A stretch of 18,911 nucleotides of DNA, from contig CAYLZE010000099.1 of NCBI GenBank assembly GCA_964388035.1, forward strand, positions 1 through 18,911. Reading direction: 5' to 3'. Origin of the DNA: an uncultured archaeon (GTDB taxonomy: Archaea; Asgardarchaeota; Lokiarchaeia; Sigyniarchaeales; SOKP01). The notes under the pieces were generated by a model that saw nothing but the letters and a program-made list of their open reading frames with translations, did not search any database and was not told the origin of the DNA. The position numbers and the translations under genes are program-made. The number at the start of each line of letters is the position of its first letter. Within the stretch, counting starts at the first letter, position 1. Positions 16,824 through 18,911 of this stretch are shown piece by piece.

Positions 16824-18083
16824 TTAAAACCAAACTTCAGCATTTTTTGCTAAAAATTCATCCGGTATCCTTGAAATAGAATTATAACTAAAATCAATCA
16901 CAGCTAAAGATTCCATCTCTAAAAGTAATCGGGGAATTTCATGAAATTGGTTTTTCATCAAATCTATTTTTTTTAAATATTGTAAGTTCTTGAGAGAATT
17001 GGGAACGGAATGCATGTTTTGATCTCGAATGACAATTTCCTCTAAGAAAGTTAGGTGGTCACATATCTGTTTGGGAAATTTTGGAATCTGGAAGAAATAA
17101 TAGCCGTATATATACAAGCCTATCACTCTCCCCTTCGCATTGATCATGTAATGGCAAGCGCAAGTAGGAGAAAGGGATTCTTTATTTTTGAGTAATTTTA
17201 ATTTTTGACCCGTGAGTATCTGGAGTAATCCTAACACGATTGCATCCTTTTCTTTTACACCTTCATCCACATAATTCTTGGAGACTGTCCTTTCAGATAA
17301 TTTTAACAATAAATCAGGGATTTCTTGTAGGTAAGAATTATTCATAAGGCTAATTTTCTTGAGTGATTTCATTTTCGCTAGAAAAGGTGGCAGAGCGGAA
17401 AATCTATTCCAATCCAAGTATAGAGATTCTAATTGTTCAAGATTCCCTAATGAACTTGGTAATGAGGATAAGTTATTATCCCATAAATTCAGTAATTTTA
17501 ATTTTTTTAAATTGCCTATACTGGAAGGTAATTCTTTCAGATGCCATCCCGGTATTTCTAAAGCGATAACATGATTATTTTTGATTAGAAGCTTATAATT
17601 GGGAGCCATGTAAACTTTTTTCTTCAAAGCATCTAACTCAAGGAGAAATCTTCCCTCGTTGGAATCCACTTTATAAATGGATGCTAATTGTTTATCTAAA
17701 ACAGAACGCAATAAACATGTTTGGGAAGTATTATAAGTAGCTATCATTTTATCAATAGTATTTAATATACTAGCTGACTTTTCATGTTGAATTGCCCAAA
17801 TTAACGGATTTAAACTCTCTTTAGAAAAATTTTGATATAATACTAAGGCAGCAGAACTTCTAATTGACGCACTCTCATCAGAAATTAACAAATATTCTAA
17901 AAATTTATAAATTTCATCACGATTGATAGGTATTTCCTCAAATAACTCCAAGCAATTTTCATTATATCTTAAAGCATCAGAGTGACATATCAACGCGAGG
18001 AGCACATTCCTAAATTCAGATTTATCTATTTCCTTCAAATCCATACTTTCAAAAAGTTCCGAAAATTTAATTGATTGACTCAA
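16824..18083 (-). CDS. Cytoplasmic leucine-rich-repeat protein with N-terminal HEAT-like helices
   Basis: LxxLPxxIGNLxxLxxLxLxxN repeats in two blocks; HEAT-like SDESASIRSSAALVL..LNPLIWAIQHE; TTG start preceded by AAGGTGG, with an in-frame TAG just upstream. Confidence 0.88.
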   Translation of the reverse strand: MSQSIKFSELFESMDLKEIDKSEFRNVLLALICHSDALRYNENCLELFEEIPINRDEIYKFLEYLLISDESASIRSSAALVLYQNFSKESLNPLIWAIQHEKSASILNTIDKMIATYNTSQTCLLRSVLDKQLASIYKVDSNEGRFLLELDALKKKVYMAPNYKLLIKNNHVIALEIPGWHLKELPSSIGNLKKLKLLNLWDNNLSSLPSSLGNLEQLESLYLDWNRFSALPPFLAKMKSLKKISLMNNSYLQEIPDLLLKLSERTVSKNYVDEGVKEKDAIVLGLLQILTGQKLKLLKNKESLSPTCACHYMINAKGRVIGLYIYGYYFFQIPKFPKQICDHLTFLEEIVIRDQNMHSVPNSLKNLQYLKKIDLMKNQFHEIPRLLLEMESLAVIDFSYNSISRIPDEFLAKNAEVWF

Positions 18084-18319
18084 GAAGCAAAAACCACCTT
18101 TCTATTCACGCATAATTATATAGGATAAAAACATGCTTATCAAACTGTAGACCCTTTCAATAATGTATTACTTCATGATACTGAGGTTTTCCAAATCTAA
18201 GAATTTAAGTATCAAGTATAATAATCTTCCTAAAACATTTAATTTCTTACGTTTAATAATATAATTTTTAATAAATTTTATGTTATACCTTATTAACTGC
18301 TATCTTTTTATATAATAGT

Positions 18320-18326
18320 AAGGTGA
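18320..18326 (+). promoter_or_regulatory. Shine-Dalgarno-like motif AAGGTGA
   Basis: Same GGTGA core as before mch; 6 nt upstream of the in-frame ATT at 18333. Confidence 0.55.
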
Positions 18327-18332
18327 ATTAAT

Positions 18333-18632
18333 ATTTCATCAGAGTCTGAAGATTCTTCTCCAAAAACAGGTTTTGAAAAAATAATTGAATTTTTTAATGA
18401 CGAATTGAAAGTTAATAAACCAATAGATATTCAAGAAGTTGTTAAAAAAACGGAATTATCTTGGACGTATGTAAAAAGAATGTTAGAAAAACTTAAGGAA
18501 GATAAATATTGCGGGTTCCATTTTGAAAAACTAGGGAATAGTTGGGTCACATGGAAAGATAAGATGAAAATCACCAAACCACTTGATAATACATGTTCCC
18601 AGTTTTTAGATAAGAGCGAAGAAAATATTTAG
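18333..18632 (+). CDS. Small winged helix-turn-helix protein (99 aa if started at ATT 18333; track gives TTG 18405)
   Basis: GFEKIIEFFNDEL (helix 1), PID, IQEVVKKT-ELS-WTYVKRMLEKLKE (HTH), GFHFEKLGNSWVTWK (wing hairpin). Confidence 0.7.
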   Translation: MSSESEDSSPKTGFEKIIEFFNDELKVNKPIDIQEVVKKTELSWTYVKRMLEKLKEDKYCGFHFEKLGNSWVTWKDKMKITKPLDNTCSQFLDKSEENI

Positions 18633-18796
18633 AGGTATTATTACTTAGCAAAAAGATATTTTTATGAAATTTTGCCATTTTTTCGCCTTTTAATTAGGAT
18701 ACACATAGTGTGAAATTTCAAACTTTTTAAACGGTGAATCATTTCAAATTATAAATAATTAAAATTATTTTAAAACAAGTATTGTGGAAAAAGTAA

Positions 18797-18911
18797 ATGA
18801 AGGTCGAAAAATCTAGTCAAGATCTTGAAAATGAGGTAATTTATGCGAGCCTTTGCATTCATTGTGGAAGTTGCAATGCCTTTTGTCCGCACATGGATTT
18901 TAATAAGGAAA
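18797..18911 (+). CDS. 3'-truncated 4Fe-4S protein, probably F420 hydrogenase/dehydrogenase beta-subunit (FrhB-like) family
   Basis: Manual translation MKVEKSSQDLENEVIYASLCIHCGSCNAFCPHMDFNKE...: L-x2-EVI-x3-LC-x2-CG-x-C-x3-CP, the N-terminal ferredoxin motif typical of this family. Runs off the window. Confidence 0.75.
   Translation, partial: MKVEKSSQDLENEVIYASLCIHCGSCNAFCPHMDFNKE

Noticed and set aside
1119-17574. Short ORFs in the track overlapping longer genes (1119, 1796, 4699, 7350, 7647, 9123, 12450, 13869, 15966, 16015, 16511, 17359, 17363)
   Set aside because: All are antisense shadows of confidently assigned genes and have no recognisable motifs.

Overview
AT-rich archaeal chromosomal segment, most consistent with an Asgard archaeon (Lokiarchaeia/Promethearchaeia-like; inferred from gene content, not from a marker gene). 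It carries H4MPT C1-pathway genes (ftr, mtd, mch), purine/MTA salvage genes (apt, mtnP), a beta-CASP nuclease, a GAN/Cdc45-type DHH nuclease, a GT4 glycosyltransferase, a 3-hydroxyacyl-CoA dehydrogenase and the start of an FrhB-like Fe-S protein. These are mixed with eukaryote-like genes: a RagA/Gtr1-like GTPase with a probable roadblock domain, a presenilin-like protease and a HEAT+LRR protein. I found no mobile element, CRISPR array, tRNA or rRNA. Most notable observations: (1) a Nop10/Spt4-like Cys4 zinc ribbon inserted in the active-site loop of MTA phosphorylase; (2) a PSEN1-like presenilin head-to-head with an archaemetzincin; (3) two genes that appear to start at ATT after a Shine-Dalgarno-like motif; (4) a 58-aa gene missing from the ORF track. 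All family assignments are motif recognition by eye; no searches were run.
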